A DNA stretch of 64,000 nt, from positions 1-64,000 of the forward strand of contig JBMFIG010000006.1 of assembly GCA_049976425.1 (NCBI GenBank), in the 5' to 3' direction. A program made the translations under genes and the position numbers. The DNA comes from Thermoproteus sp. (GTDB lineage: Archaea; Thermoproteota; Thermoprotei; Thermoproteales; Thermoproteaceae). Under the pieces are notes generated by a model, which did not search any database, was not told where the DNA came from, and saw only the letters and a program-made list of their open reading frames with translations. Of this stretch, positions 38,750 through 51,054 are shown in pieces (positions within the stretch are counted from its first letter, which is position 1; every line of letters starts with the position of its first letter).

Positions 38750-38997
38750 CCCAAGGCGGCGTCCTTGAATAGGCCGTAGAGATCCTGGAGGAGATCGCGC
38801 CAGAGCACTCTGCGCGATACGTAGTTCCAATAACGCCTCACATCTCTTTTACTTATTTTGATATATAGAGCACATCTATCGCATCCAAGCCATACGTTAT
38901 CCCCCTCTTCTATGAACGTCAGATCGGAGCCGCATTTAGGGCACTTGAGATCTGTTTTGAAGACGATAGAGGGCTTGGCTACCTCAACGATAGCCAT
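38746..38997 (-). CDS. small zinc-ribbon protein
   Basis: CPKC and CDRC. Confidence 0.7.
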   Translation of the reverse strand: MAIVEVAKPSIVFKTDLKCPKCGSDLTFIEEGDNVWLGCDRCALYIKISKRDVRRYWNYVSRRVLWRDLLQDLYGLFKDAALG

Positions 38998-39195
38998 CGC
39001 GAATCTGGCGGCGGCCTTAAAAATCTGCTTCAGCCAAAATAGCGTATCCTCTGTTTTATCTCCTTACGTTATATCCCTCAATGAGCCGAAGTGCGTGAAG
39101 CTGAATAAATGGATCTTGTTGCTCCGCCTAATCCCCAGGGATGAGGATAGGAGGAAGCTGGCCCAAGCGCTGGCCGAGGACGAGCTGGAGGTTAT

Positions 39196-39492
39196 CTAAC
39201 ACCTAGGTTGCCTCAGGCCCGAGGCATCCCTCCCGACGGCTTCTAGGTCCATCTTCGCCTCTGCAACGAAGCGAGCGACATCGCGGCACCTCTCTCTCAG
39301 TTGCGGGATAGCTACGTCGATGTGCGCGGCCTCCCTCTCGAGGATCTCTACGGCCCAAATTGCGATTTGTTTAAGCCTATCGTAAAAGTCGGCGTCGCCG
39401 TAGATCTCGATACGTACGCCGATGCGTTCCGCGTATTCCGCGAGGAGCTCCGGCTTCTTGACCGCCTGCCAGAGGAAGTCGTAGAAGCTCAT
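39196..39492 (-). CDS. hypothetical protein
   Basis: Start overlaps the archease stop (ATGA). Confidence 0.7.
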   Translation of the reverse strand: MSFYDFLWQAVKKPELLAEYAERIGVRIEIYGDADFYDRLKQIAIWAVEILEREAAHIDVAIPQLRERCRDVARFVAEAKMDLEAVGRDASGLRQPRC

Positions 39493-39929
39493 ATATCGAC
39501 GACGAACTGCACAGTCCAGAAACCGTCGTGCCTTATCTCCATCATGTTGTAGGTCATGGCCTTGACTATAAGGCCCTTGAACCCGTGCCTATCTATGTCG
39601 TACCTCTCGCCTTTCACAGACGCCGTAAGTCTGTACGGCCCCCCGCCGGATATCCTCAGCTCGATATCCCTAGCCACGGCGAACTTCTCCCCGTCGAAGA
39701 GGTACAACACTTCGCTGATCCAAGAGAAGAGCAACCCCTCCAAATCGTCGTGCTCGACCTCTATCTTCCTCTCCTCCACCGGCGCTACGCGCTCGCTGTA
39801 GTAGGTTATATCCGCCGTAGCTATCGCCGCATTCTTGAAGGCCTCCTCAAGGGTGCAGCCGTAGGCCACCACGAGGACGTCGGCTGTGTGCTCGCCGTAT
39901 TGATAGTCCTTGGGCTTCCCGCACGCCAC
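39489..39929 (-). CDS. archease
   Basis: EHTADV, VKAMTY, C-terminal VVDI; start GTG 39929. Confidence 0.92.
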   Translation of the reverse strand: MACGKPKDYQYGEHTADVLVVAYGCTLEEAFKNAAIATADITYYSERVAPVEERKIEVEHDDLEGLLFSWISEVLYLFDGEKFAVARDIELRISGGGPYRLTASVKGERYDIDRHGFKGLIVKAMTYNMMEIRHDGFWTVQFVVDI

Positions 39930-39962
39930 GTAACTGTAATATCCGCGGTTTTTAATTCCTAC

Positions 39963-40604
39963 ATGAAGATCCAAGTAGCCCTCGACTTGACGGACCTGCT
40001 CAGAGCCGTACACATGGCGAGGGATCTATGCGCCGCTGGCGCCGACTTGTTGGAGGCGGGCACGCCTCTCATAAAGACGTTCGGCGTGGGGTCCGTGGCC
40101 TTGTTGAAATCCGCATGTCCCACGGCCGAGGTGGTCGCAGATCTCAAGACGGCCGACGTGGGCGCTCTGGAGGCCGAGCTCGCTAAGGCGGCCGGCGCCG
40201 ATTGGGCGACCGTCATGGCCGCGACAAACGTCGAGACGATAGAGGAGTTCGCGCGCAGGGGCAGGGAGCTGGGCCTCAAGACGGCGCTGGACACGATAGG
40301 GGTGGCGAACCCCTACGACAGAGTTAGAGAGGTACTTGACAGAGTTACGTTGGACATGGTGATATTGCACCTCGGCATCGACGTGCAGAGGAGGAGGGGG
40401 TTGACTATAGATCAACTGATAGCGGAGGCCTTGAGGATAAAGCACCTCGGCGTGTCGGTCGCCGTCGCTGGCGGGATAGGGCAGAAAGAGCTCGAGAAGA
40501 TAGCCGGGACGGAGATCGACGTGGCGATCATAGGCAGGGCCATCACGTCTGCGCCGTCGCCGAGAGAGGCTTTCCTTCTGTTGAAATCCATAATTACTAA
40601 GTAA
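39963..40604 (+). CDS. 3-hexulose-6-phosphate synthase-like (OMPDC/HUMPS family)
   Basis: [35 protein letters not shown]. Confidence 0.88.
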   Translation: MKIQVALDLTDLLRAVHMARDLCAAGADLLEAGTPLIKTFGVGSVALLKSACPTAEVVADLKTADVGALEAELAKAAGADWATVMAATNVETIEEFARRGRELGLKTALDTIGVANPYDRVREVLDRVTLDMVILHLGIDVQRRRGLTIDQLIAEALRIKHLGVSVAVAGGIGQKELEKIAGTEIDVAIIGRAITSAPSPREAFLLLKSIITK

Positions 40605-40635
40605 AACTTAAAAGAAGGGATCTCTTCAGTACTCG

Positions 40636-41229
40636 ATGAGAATTATCCTAGTCGCGGTTCCCGGAAGCGGCAAAACGACCATTATGAGCTATGTAAAGAA
40701 GAAGTTGCCGGACGTCCAGATCGTGAACTTCGGCGACGTCATGCTCGAGATATCCAGGAAGAAGTACGGCATAGAGAATAGAGACGATATGCGTAGGAAG
40801 ATACCGGTGGAGGAGTACAGGAAAGTGCAGGAGGAGGCCGCCGACTACATAGCGTCTCTGCCAGGCGACGTCATAGTGGACACCCACGCCTCGATTAAGA
40901 TGATGGGCGGATACTACCCCGGGCTCCCCGATAGGGTTGTGGCCAGGCTGAAGCCCGACTCCATAGTGCTGGTCGAGTACGACCCCAAGGACATACTGGA
41001 GAGGCGTAGAGGGGATCCCACGAGGTTCAGAGACGTGGAGACCGAGGAGGAGATCGAGCTCCACCAGATGGCCAACAGATACTACGCGTTCGCTGCGGCG
41101 AATGCGGCGGAGTGCACCGTCCACATAATCAACTTCAGGGGGAGGCCTCAGTCCAGACCGTTCGAACACGCCGAGATAGCCGCCGACTACATAGTCAACT
41201 TACTACTATCCTCGCGTAGGCCGAGATAG
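40636..41229 (+). CDS. adkA: archaeal adenylate kinase
   Basis: VPGSGKTT, NFGDVM, RDDMR, DTHA, PGLP. Confidence 0.93.
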   Translation: MRIILVAVPGSGKTTIMSYVKKKLPDVQIVNFGDVMLEISRKKYGIENRDDMRRKIPVEEYRKVQEEAADYIASLPGDVIVDTHASIKMMGGYYPGLPDRVVARLKPDSIVLVEYDPKDILERRRGDPTRFRDVETEEEIELHQMANRYYAFAAANAAECTVHIINFRGRPQSRPFEHAEIAADYIVNLLLSSRRPR

Positions 41230-41260
41230 AATTTTAAATATCCGGTATCAACGCGGCACA

Positions 41261-42819
<1,559 letters not shown>

Positions 42820-42821
<2 letters not shown>

Positions 42822-42872
42822 TCAGCAGTCGCGGCGCGTTCACCTATCGCCCCGGAAACCTTTACATCACCG
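42820..42872 (-). ncRNA. box C/D sRNA candidate
   Basis: Minus strand: GTGATGT (C) AAAGGTTTCCGGG GCGA (D') TAGGTGA (C') ACGCGCCGCGACTG CTGA (D); GCTTAAATA promoter at 42891..42899. Confidence 0.72.
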
Positions 42873-42899
42873 GATCAACACCCTGGGCTCTATTTAAGC

Positions 42900-43304
42900 C
42901 TAGAAATCGGCTAGGCCGAACCCGAAAGCCGCTGATATCAACGGCCCGTCGTAGTTCCTGTGATCTATATACGAGACGTCTTGGCTTACACATCTCTGGG
43001 CCAACACGCATAGGCCGTCCAAACACCTCGCTCCGACCACCGTGCGGAGGCCGTAGTCCACAAGCCACCCGACGCCGGTGATCTTGGGCTCGACGTATGC
43101 CGTCCAGTCGTCGCAGGCGGTTAGAGTCAGCCTCATGCCCACCAGCCCTCTGCTCGCCTCCTGTAGCGAGTTGAGTATACGGTAGATGCCGACGGCGAGA
43201 TTCCTCAAGACGGCCGTATAGATGACTCTATTTTCTTTTCTTACCTCTATATATCCGGTATTCCACGTAATAACGCTCTTATATTCGCCAATTGTCGACG
43301 CCAT
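42900..43304 (-). CDS. hypothetical protein
   Basis: Start ATG 43304, divergent from the malic enzyme gene. Confidence 0.65.
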   Translation of the reverse strand: MASTIGEYKSVITWNTGYIEVRKENRVIYTAVLRNLAVGIYRILNSLQEASRGLVGMRLTLTACDDWTAYVEPKITGVGWLVDYGLRTVVGARCLDGLCVLAQRCVSQDVSYIDHRNYDGPLISAAFGFGLADF

Positions 43305-43347
43305 AAACAAGGCAATACATTTATACCTTAAAAACGTAAAAAAGGCG

Positions 43348-44652
43348 ATGGTGGATAAGTGGTACAAGCTGTCCGTGGAGGTGCATAGACGTTACGGCGG
43401 GAAGTTCGCCACGGTGCCTAAGGTGCCCGTCACCTCTATGGACGACTTCGCGATCTACTACAGCCCGGGCGTCGCCGAAGTCTCTAGGAGGATCGCGGAG
43501 AATCCGGACCTCGCGTTCGAGCTCACGTCGAGATGGAACGTGATAGCGGTAATCTCAGACGGCACCAGAGTGCTGGGGCTGGGGAACGTGGGGCCCGAGG
43601 CGGCGTACGCGGTGATGGAGGGCAAGGCTTTGATATTCAAATACCTCGGCGGGGTTGACGCCGTTCCGCTACCTATAAGGGCTAGAGATGCCGATAAGTT
43701 TATAGAAGTCGTGAAGGCGGTAGAGCCCGCCTTCGGCGGGATAAACCTAGAGGATATAGAGTCGCCCAAATGCTTCAGGCTGTTGGATCAGTTGAGCAAG
43801 GAGCTTAGGATACCGGTGTGGCACGACGACCAGCAAGGGACGGCCACGGCAACTCTCGCGGGCTTGATCAACGCGGCGAAGCTCACGGGCAAGGACCTCA
43901 AGAACTCGACCATAGCGCTTATAGGCGCCGGCGCTTCGAACATATACACCGCGAGGCTCCTCATGGCCTACGGAGTAAAGCCGGGCAACCTCATACTGGT
44001 CGACACCAAGGGCATACTCCATCCGGAGCGGGACGACATAGATAGGCTGATGGTGGAGAACCCCTGGAAGTACGAACTGGCGCTGAGGACAAACGCTGAG
44101 CGCAGGAAGGGCGGAATAGCCGAGGCCATGAAGGGCGTCGACATAGTCGTGGCCGCGTCGCGTCCCGGCCCCGGCATTATAAAAAAGGAGTGGGTGGCGC
44201 AGATGAACAAGGACCCCATAGTGTTCGCGTTGGCCAACCCCACGCCGGAGATATGGCCTTGGGAGGCGAAGGAGGCCGGCGCCAAGATAGTGGCGACCGG
44301 CAGAAGCGATCTGCCGAACCAAGTCAACAACTCGCTGGTATTCCCCGCCGTCTTCAGAGGCTTGCTAGATGTCAGAGCCAAGACGGTGGCCGACGAGATG
44401 CTTATAGCCGCCGCCGAGGAGCTCGCCAAATTTGTCGAGGGTAGAATGAGCGAAGACTACATACTTCCAAAGATGACCGAATGGGAAGTGTACCCCCGCG
44501 AGGCGGCGGCAGTCGCTGCAAAGGCCTCCGAGCTAGGCCTCGCCCGCCGTCCTCTGAGCTACAGAGAGGAGCTGAACATAGCGCAGGAGATCATAGGCAA
44601 GAGCGTCAAGACCTTAGAAGTGCTTATGGACTCCGGGCTTATACCTAAATGA
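43348..44652 (+). CDS. NAD(P)-dependent malic enzyme
   Basis: [44 protein letters not shown]. Confidence 0.95.
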   Translation: MVDKWYKLSVEVHRRYGGKFATVPKVPVTSMDDFAIYYSPGVAEVSRRIAENPDLAFELTSRWNVIAVISDGTRVLGLGNVGPEAAYAVMEGKALIFKYLGGVDAVPLPIRARDADKFIEVVKAVEPAFGGINLEDIESPKCFRLLDQLSKELRIPVWHDDQQGTATATLAGLINAAKLTGKDLKNSTIALIGAGASNIYTARLLMAYGVKPGNLILVDTKGILHPERDDIDRLMVENPWKYELALRTNAERRKGGIAEAMKGVDIVVAASRPGPGIIKKEWVAQMNKDPIVFALANPTPEIWPWEAKEAGAKIVATGRSDLPNQVNNSLVFPAVFRGLLDVRAKTVADEMLIAAAEELAKFVEGRMSEDYILPKMTEWEVYPREAAAVAAKASELGLARRPLSYREELNIAQEIIGKSVKTLEVLMDSGLIPK

Positions 44653-44975
44653 CTGTTTTTGCCGAAATCCATCTGGGCGATCTTGTAGTCTTGTGGAAGG
44701 ACGAAGACGGGCGGATAGTCCGCGTCGAGTACGACAAAGGGTTTGAAGACGAGGCGCTGGAGGAGGAGGTGCACGACGTCGTGAACTCCATATCTGAGAC
44801 GCTGGCCAGAGAGCTCAAACTGCCCAGCGCCGTCGTTGGAAAAATCAAGGAAGCCCTGAAAGAAGCTGGGTTGCCTGTGGTAGGCAGATTGAGGCATGAG
44901 GGCTATACGTCGTATTTAGAGCTCCGGGGGAAGAGGAAAAACCTTGTTTTGAAGATAGTCTATTCCCTAGCTTAG
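44649..44975 (+). CDS. hypothetical protein
   Basis: ATGA overlap with the malic enzyme stop. Confidence 0.7.
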   Translation: MTVFAEIHLGDLVVLWKDEDGRIVRVEYDKGFEDEALEEEVHDVVNSISETLARELKLPSAVVGKIKEALKEAGLPVVGRLRHEGYTSYLELRGKRKNLVLKIVYSLA

Positions 44976-46204
44976 GTGCGTGAGTTGAGCGGGATATATT
45001 GCTGATCGTGCGGGCCTACGTAGCAAGCCCTCGGCCTGAACAGCCTGTTGTTCTCCCAGTACTCCAACACGTGCGCAGTCCAGCCCACCACCCTCGACAT
45101 GGCGAACAGCGGCGTGAAGTAGTCGTAGGGTATCCCCATATAGTAGAACACGATCCCTGACCAGAAGTCCACGTTGGGATAGAGCTTCCTCTGCTGGAAA
45201 TACTCGTGCGACAAGACGGCTTGCTCTATACCGCTCGCTATCGCGTAGAGCTTCTGCGGATCTCCGAATTTGGCCGTGTAGTCCTCGACCAGCTTCTTGA
45301 ATATCTTGGCCCTTGGGTCGTAAGCCTTGTAGACCCTGTGCCCGACGCCCATCAGCCTGGGGCCGCCCGGCTTGGTCGCCGCCTCGACGAGGTCCTTGGT
45401 CTTCGCGGGATCGCCTATCTCTAGGTACGACTTGACGGCCGCCTCGTTGGCGCCTCCGTGGAGGGGTCCCTTCAGAGCCCCTATAGCGCCCGCTATCACC
45501 GAGTATAGATCGCTCAGAGTAGCTCCTATGACCAACGCGGTGAACGTCGACGCCGGGATCTCGTGGTCGGCGTGGAGGATCAGATAGAGATCTATGGCGC
45601 GGGTGGCCAGAGGATCGGGCTCCTTCCCGAAGAACATGTAGAGGAAGTTGGCGGAATGCGATAGGTCGGCCTTCGGCCTTACGGGCTCCAGCCCCTTGGA
45701 GAACCTGTAGTGGTAGGCCACTATGGTGGGCAGTTTAGCCACGAGCTTCTCCGCTATCTTGAGGGCGAGGTCCTTCTCTTCTTGCTTGTAGCGGCCGGCC
45801 CTCAGAGCCTCGGCCAGTTTTAGGTTGTCCTCGTCGAATGCCCCCTCGGCGGCTACCGCGGCCTCCAAGGCGAACATGGGATGTGCCTTAGCCAGCGAGC
45901 GGATGACCTCGATCGTGGCTGGGTTCAAGTCTCTGTTAGCCGCAAGCCTTCTCTTGAGGCCGTCGAGCTCCTTTACATTCGGCAATTTGCCGTAGAGGAG
46001 GAGGTAGACCACCTCCTCATATGTCGAGTTCTCGGCCAGATCCTCTATCCTATACCCCCTATACCAGAGCTTGCCGGCGTGTCCATCGATATCGCTTATG
46101 GAGGTGATCTTGACCAAGACGTCTTCGAGGCCGTGCACTATGGGGCCGCATGGAGATTGTATAACCTTGCCAGTTGTCCTTATAGACACGGTCTGCTCGC
46201 TCAT
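44972..46204 (-). CDS. gltA: citrate synthase (or 2-methylcitrate synthase)
   Basis: GLEDV, YRGY, HADHE, GPLHGGAN, GVGHRVYK..DPR, YPNVDF. Confidence 0.93.
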   Translation of the reverse strand: MSEQTVSIRTTGKVIQSPCGPIVHGLEDVLVKITSISDIDGHAGKLWYRGYRIEDLAENSTYEEVVYLLLYGKLPNVKELDGLKRRLAANRDLNPATIEVIRSLAKAHPMFALEAAVAAEGAFDEDNLKLAEALRAGRYKQEEKDLALKIAEKLVAKLPTIVAYHYRFSKGLEPVRPKADLSHSANFLYMFFGKEPDPLATRAIDLYLILHADHEIPASTFTALVIGATLSDLYSVIAGAIGALKGPLHGGANEAAVKSYLEIGDPAKTKDLVEAATKPGGPRLMGVGHRVYKAYDPRAKIFKKLVEDYTAKFGDPQKLYAIASGIEQAVLSHEYFQQRKLYPNVDFWSGIVFYYMGIPYDYFTPLFAMSRVVGWTAHVLEYWENNRLFRPRACYVGPHDQQYIPLNSRT

Positions 46205-46314
46205 CGATATCAAGGCTTAGGTCCCTCTAAAACGTTGCTTTAGCCTTTCTATGTAGATCTATATTGATAACTGTTAATCAGATAGGATGCCGAACTTCAT
46301 CAACTCCGTCCGGG

Positions 46315-46860
46315 TTATTTCATCACGCAGACCACGTCTAGGGGGGCCATGGCTTGTCCGAAATTATCGCCGCAAGATACGATTAAAGTATCGCCCTCCT
46401 TTAAAAGAGTTCTCAGAGCGGATGCCAAGTCGCTGTCCAAGTCCTCCAGCCTCCTCTCGGCGAGCGGGATGTATATAGAGCCTCCCTTTAGATACGCTAT
46501 GATGGCCCCGCACCCCCCTCTCCTTACAACCTCGTCTCTGAACTTCACGATGTTGTCGACGGGCCTATTTAGCGAGAAGGCGACGCAGATCTGTCCGCAT
46601 AGCTTTTCGCCAAATCTATTAGTATATATTAAAGGTTTAATTCCGCATTTAGCAAAAGTTTGTGTTAGATAGTCCAGCCCACCCTCAGTTATCCTCACAC
46701 CTGCTCTATTCACTAATATGTGGCTATTTTCCTTGCCTATGTCCAAAAGCCTTCTGATGACGCCCTCGCCGAGGCCGAGTTTCTGGGATAAATAACGCCG
46801 GCCGGCGAATGATTTAGTCATAGCCAAGAACGATAAGATCTTCAAGTAGCGTATATCCAT
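46315..46860 (-). CDS. wHTH-containing putative regulator (DUF4443-like)
   Basis: GRRYLSQKLGLGEGVIRRLL, G..IT..G, RDEVVR.G..GA. Confidence 0.72.
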   Translation of the reverse strand: MDIRYLKILSFLAMTKSFAGRRYLSQKLGLGEGVIRRLLDIGKENSHILVNRAGVRITEGGLDYLTQTFAKCGIKPLIYTNRFGEKLCGQICVAFSLNRPVDNIVKFRDEVVRRGGCGAIIAYLKGGSIYIPLAERRLEDLDSDLASALRTLLKEGDTLIVSCGDNFGQAMAPLDVVCVMK

Positions 46861-47053
46861 AACGTCTTCTTGGGCACCTCAATATTAAATATATTATACG
46901 CCGATCTTGGCGATGGCGGCGCCGTAGTTAACTGCCGAAGCCGTCACAGCGTCGCGCTTCGGCCGTCTTATTCAGCAGGCGGTCAATTCCATGTTTATCG
47001 TCGACGGGCTACCGCCGTGATAAGCTTAAATCTTGCCGGAGATACTCGCCACC

Positions 47054-48409
47054 ATGTCGTCTATAAAGATAGAGGAAGTTAAGGCTAAGTTCGAGAGATT
47101 TGCCGCGCATACTCATATAAAGGGACTTGGAGTCAAGGACGGCAAGGTGGAGTTCTCCGCGGACGGCTTCGTGGGGCAGACGGAGGCTAGGGAGGCGGCT
47201 TATATGGTCGTTAAGATGATAAAGGCGGGCAAGTTCGCCGGCAAGGGGGTGTTGATTGTGGGTCCTCCCGGCACGGGGAAAACCGCGTTGGCTATCGGAA
47301 TCGCGAAGGAGTTGAGCGAAGATACTCCCTTCGTGGCGCTCTCGGCTGGGGAGATATATTCAGCAGAGCTGAAGAAGACGGAGTTCCTCATGCGGGCGTT
47401 GAGGAGAGCCATAGGCATAAGGATGAGGGAGTGGCGCAAGGTCTACGAGGGCGAGGTGAAGTCGATAGATATAAGATACGACCGGCACCCCTACAACCCG
47501 TATGTCCAAGTGCCGAGGGGCGCCACGATAAGGCTTAGGACCAAGGACGAGGAGAAGACGTTGAGGGTGCCCGCCGAGATAGCGGTCCAGCTCATAGAGC
47601 TCGGCGTCGAGGAAGGCGACGTGATCATGATAGATGAGGAGACGGGGAGGGTCACGGTCGAGGGCAGAGGGGAGTCCGGCGAGCAGTACGACATATCGGT
47701 CAGGAGGAGGATAGAGTTGCCCAAGGGCCCGGTGTATAAGGAGAAGGAGATAACGCGCTTCTTCACTCTCAACGACATAGACGTGGCTTTCGCCAGACAG
47801 AGAGGGCTTCTGACCGCGGCGCTCTTCGGCTTTGTGGAGGAGACCAAGGAAATACCTGAGGAGGTGAGGCGCGAGGCTGATGAATTCGTCAAGAAGATAG
47901 TGGATGAAGGCAAGGCCGAGTTGGTCCCCGGCATTCTATTCATAGACGACGCGCATCTGCTGGACATAGAATCTTTCGCGTTCCTCTCGAGGGCTATGGA
48001 GAGCGAGATGGCGCCGATAATAGTGCTGGCGACCAATAGAGGCATAGCGAAGATCAGGGGAACCGATATAGAGTCGCCGCACGGGATCCCGCGGGATATG
48101 CTGGACAGGCTAGTTATAATACGGACAAAGCCGTACAGCGACAAGGAAGTCAGGGAGATCGTCAAGATAAAGGCAAACGAGGAGGGCATAAAGCTAAGCG
48201 ACGACGCGCTGGAGCTTCTGACTAAAATAGGCGCCGAGGAGTCGCTACGCTACGCCATACAGCTCCTGGTGCCCGCATACATAAGGGCCAAAGATGCCGG
48301 CAGAGACTCGATAAAGCGCGAGGATGTGGAGTACGCCAGAAGCCTATTTGCGTCATTGAAGGAATCTGTGGAGTACGTAAAGCAGTACGAGGAGCTATTC
48401 CTTAAATAG
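47054..48409 (+). CDS. TIP49/RuvB-like AAA+ ATPase
   Basis: HTHIKGLG, GPPGTGKT, LFIDDAH, LATNRG, SPHGIP.DMLDR. Confidence 0.95.
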   Translation: MSSIKIEEVKAKFERFAAHTHIKGLGVKDGKVEFSADGFVGQTEAREAAYMVVKMIKAGKFAGKGVLIVGPPGTGKTALAIGIAKELSEDTPFVALSAGEIYSAELKKTEFLMRALRRAIGIRMREWRKVYEGEVKSIDIRYDRHPYNPYVQVPRGATIRLRTKDEEKTLRVPAEIAVQLIELGVEEGDVIMIDEETGRVTVEGRGESGEQYDISVRRRIELPKGPVYKEKEITRFFTLNDIDVAFARQRGLLTAALFGFVEETKEIPEEVRREADEFVKKIVDEGKAELVPGILFIDDAHLLDIESFAFLSRAMESEMAPIIVLATNRGIAKIRGTDIESPHGIPRDMLDRLVIIRTKPYSDKEVREIVKIKANEEGIKLSDDALELLTKIGAEESLRYAIQLLVPAYIRAKDAGRDSIKREDVEYARSLFASLKESVEYVKQYEELFLK

Positions 48410-48865
48410 CCTAAAGATATTATATATTCCATAAATTATAAATAGTTGGCCTATATCTAAATAATATTGATTTATTAAATTTCCATTTATATTTATGTTA
48501 ATTATATAAAATAATGGATATATCTTTATAGAGTTTGTCATGGCGAGGAGGTTAGCGTAGTGGAGCGCGGCTATTGCGAACGATATAACTGCGAAGAACG
48601 ACCTGATGCCCGGCCCTACCTCCACGAAGAAAGACGCTATCAGGGCCGCGAAGAAGACGATCACGAGAATTATCGTGGCTTTCCAAAGATAATACCATAG
48701 GAATCCATTGCCGGGCTGAATAATGCCGTTGATTATCAGCAGGTTGGGCGGCGCTGGGAGGGGCTCGTCTGAAAGGAGCGGACCTATCGGCATCCACGCG
48801 ACAGCCAACGCCGTCGCTACTGAGAGGATCCCGAGCAGAAGTCCGTAGGCCGTCCGCCGGCTCAT
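48395..48865 (-). CDS. membrane protein
   Basis: About 4 hydrophobic segments; translationally coupled to the S2P gene. Confidence 0.7.
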   Translation of the reverse strand: MSRRTAYGLLLGILSVATALAVAWMPIGPLLSDEPLPAPPNLLIINGIIQPGNGFLWYYLWKATIILVIVFFAALIASFFVEVGPGIRSFFAVISFAIAALHYANLLAMTNSIKIYPLFYIINININGNLINQYYLDIGQLFIIYGIYNIFRLFKE

Positions 48866-50403
48866 CTAAGCAACGAAAATATCTGCTTATATATGCCGCT
48901 TATGATGCCCAGCGCGGAGTCGAACACCAAGAACGCCGCCAATACGGCGGTTATGCTATAGACTATATAGGTAGCGTTGTTCTTGCCTAGATACCGTTCA
49001 AGGATAGCCAGAACGAGCAAGCCACCATCAAGCGGATATATAGGCAGTGCGTTTATTAGAGCAAGTCCTAGATTTATTAAGAAGAACCACATAACTATCT
49101 TCACAAATAGGGTATTGGCGAAGAGAGATGCCGAGAAGACAGACGTATTGAAGCCCAGCTGGCCCAAGCCGTTTGTATAGATCCCGAAGAACGGCCTGGT
49201 GTAGTTATCCGGATTGTGGCCGAGGACCACTGTGTAGTTCTCCTCCTTCCCGTTGCGTAGTACGCTTACGACGACTTGATCGCCCGGCCTGCATAGGCCG
49301 TTGGCGACTATCTTCTGGATAACCGATATGAGCTGGCCGCTGGAGTATATACGGTAGGCGCCGCCGCAGCCGTAGATAGCGGTTACCACGTCGCCAGGCC
49401 TTATGCCGGCCTCGTACATAGGCCCCCCGTATATTAAGCTGGTCAGCGGAGCGCCTACGTAGATCCTCTCGGCCGGGAAGCTGACGTCAACGAGCTTTCC
49501 GTTCCTCTCGACGACTAGGGTTATTGTCTGGTTGGGGCTACATAGAGGCGTCCCCGCGGAATTGCCGACTATGGCGTTTAGCGTTGCCAGCAGTTGGTCT
49601 GGCACGACGACGTCGGCCGACACGCCGCAACCGTTAACGGCCACGACTACGTCGCCTTGCTTGAGGCCTAACTGCGCCGTCGCCGGGTTTATGCTCGCGA
49701 GGACCGCGCCGCCCAGGCCGGCGTGTACACCGGCTAGGTATATCGCAAGCGCCAACAAGGCCAGGACTACGTTGGCCGCGACGCCGCTAACGAAAACCGC
49801 GACCTTAGCCTTCAGAGGGCTGGACTTGAGTTGCTCCTCGTCGGGCTCCACGAACGCGCCGCTGAACACGAAAAAGGCGGAGAAGACGCCGGCGGATTTC
49901 AGCCTAATGCCGTGTCTCACCGCGGCGTATCCGTGCATGAACTCGTGGAGCGCGACGCCCGCGACGACGGCAAGCGCGATGTAGGGCAACTGGTCCCAGG
50001 GTATTGTTATGCCGGGCAGTAGGGGCACTGCGCCGGCCTGCGCCCCCACCACGGCGACCTCCTGCACCGAGGCGCCGTGGGCCAGACCTGCCAAGGCCTG
50101 ATATGTGGACCTCAGCAGTATGTAGAGGAAGCCCGGCATATAGGCCACGCCGGTCCCCGCAGGTATGGGGAAATAGGGCGAGTAGGCCGATAGTAGGAAG
50201 AGCGCGACCGCGATTGCTAGATACGCCTTAAGGGGTATGAAGGAGAGCCGTTCTGAAACCCTCCTTATGAACTGGGCCGCCCTTTCGGAGCTCCACATTA
50301 CCAACACGAATCCCTTGACCAAATCTCTACGCATAGCGTAAAGCGCCAAGGCCACTATCAGCCAAGCCAGTACGTAAAGAGCCAGCGACTCCAATACGTC
50401 CAT
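48862..50403 (-). CDS. site-2 protease (M50) with two PDZ-like domains
   Basis: HEFMH, GAFVEP, GVAAN, NALPIYPLDGG; GLKQGD and GIRPGD. Confidence 0.93.
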   Translation of the reverse strand: MDVLESLALYVLAWLIVALALYAMRRDLVKGFVLVMWSSERAAQFIRRVSERLSFIPLKAYLAIAVALFLLSAYSPYFPIPAGTGVAYMPGFLYILLRSTYQALAGLAHGASVQEVAVVGAQAGAVPLLPGITIPWDQLPYIALAVVAGVALHEFMHGYAAVRHGIRLKSAGVFSAFFVFSGAFVEPDEEQLKSSPLKAKVAVFVSGVAANVVLALLALAIYLAGVHAGLGGAVLASINPATAQLGLKQGDVVVAVNGCGVSADVVVPDQLLATLNAIVGNSAGTPLCSPNQTITLVVERNGKLVDVSFPAERIYVGAPLTSLIYGGPMYEAGIRPGDVVTAIYGCGGAYRIYSSGQLISVIQKIVANGLCRPGDQVVVSVLRNGKEENYTVVLGHNPDNYTRPFFGIYTNGLGQLGFNTSVFSASLFANTLFVKIVMWFFLINLGLALINALPIYPLDGGLLVLAILERYLGKNNATYIVYSITAVLAAFLVFDSALGIISGIYKQIFSLLR

Positions 50404-50421
50404 GTAGGCGCAACGAACATG

Positions 50422-50997
50422 CTATATAGGTATTTCCAACGCGGAGCCGGCCCCGAGTCTATATACGTTGAAACGCCTCTCGACCTCCCTCACAATTCCG
50501 GGCGGACTGTGGAGAGGCGCGACGCACCGCACCCCCAGAGCCCTCAATTCCCCCAATACTCTGGAGACGGCGTAGGGGCTGGCGGTCGACCCGCCCAGCC
50601 CGCCGACGAAACAGTCGGCTCTCAAGCCCATGCGCGACAGTTTCCCAAAGGGTATGGTAAAGAGACCGCATGGGGATATGACGGTCCTACCGACTATCAG
50701 CACGGCCTCTCTGCCGAAGCCGATAACCCGGTGGAGGGTGCCCCCTATCCTTAAGTCAAGAACGCCCTCCGCCCACCGAATTACGGGCACGTTAAACGCA
50801 GAGAAGCCCCCCGAGTGGTGGAGATTGTCCACCGCCGAAATGCCCAGAATAGGAGGTCGCGGCGCCTCCTCCAAAAACCGCCTCGCTACGTCCTCTGTGC
50901 AGGAGTCGAACACGACGCCGCTGTCTAGAAACACCCCGAATCCGTGGGATGGGGGCAGTTTGCCCTCGAAGTCGCTACATATAGCGTAGACCTTCAC
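50422..50997 (-). CDS. short degenerate metallo-beta-lactamase-fold protein
   Basis: HGFG, VFD, SAVDNLHHSGG, PCG, GG, APLHS; start uncertain. Confidence 0.55.
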   Translation of the reverse strand: MKVYAICSDFEGKLPPSHGFGVFLDSGVVFDSCTEDVARRFLEEAPRPPILGISAVDNLHHSGGFSAFNVPVIRWAEGVLDLRIGGTLHRVIGFGREAVLIVGRTVISPCGLFTIPFGKLSRMGLRADCFVGGLGGSTASPYAVSRVLGELRALGVRCVAPLHSPPGIVREVERRFNVYRLGAGSALEIPI

Positions 50998-51054
50998 TGA
51001 GGGTCGAGATAGGCTATGCATAAAGCTTTTAGGAGGCCTAAAACGGTCGCTTAT

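Noticed and set aside
39078-39104. Box C/D sRNA (CAATGA...CTGA)
   Set aside because: Only one box pair; no second guide unit.
39528-39962. Apparent N-terminal fusion on the HPS-like ORF
   Set aside because: Antisense shadow of archease; the real start is 39963.
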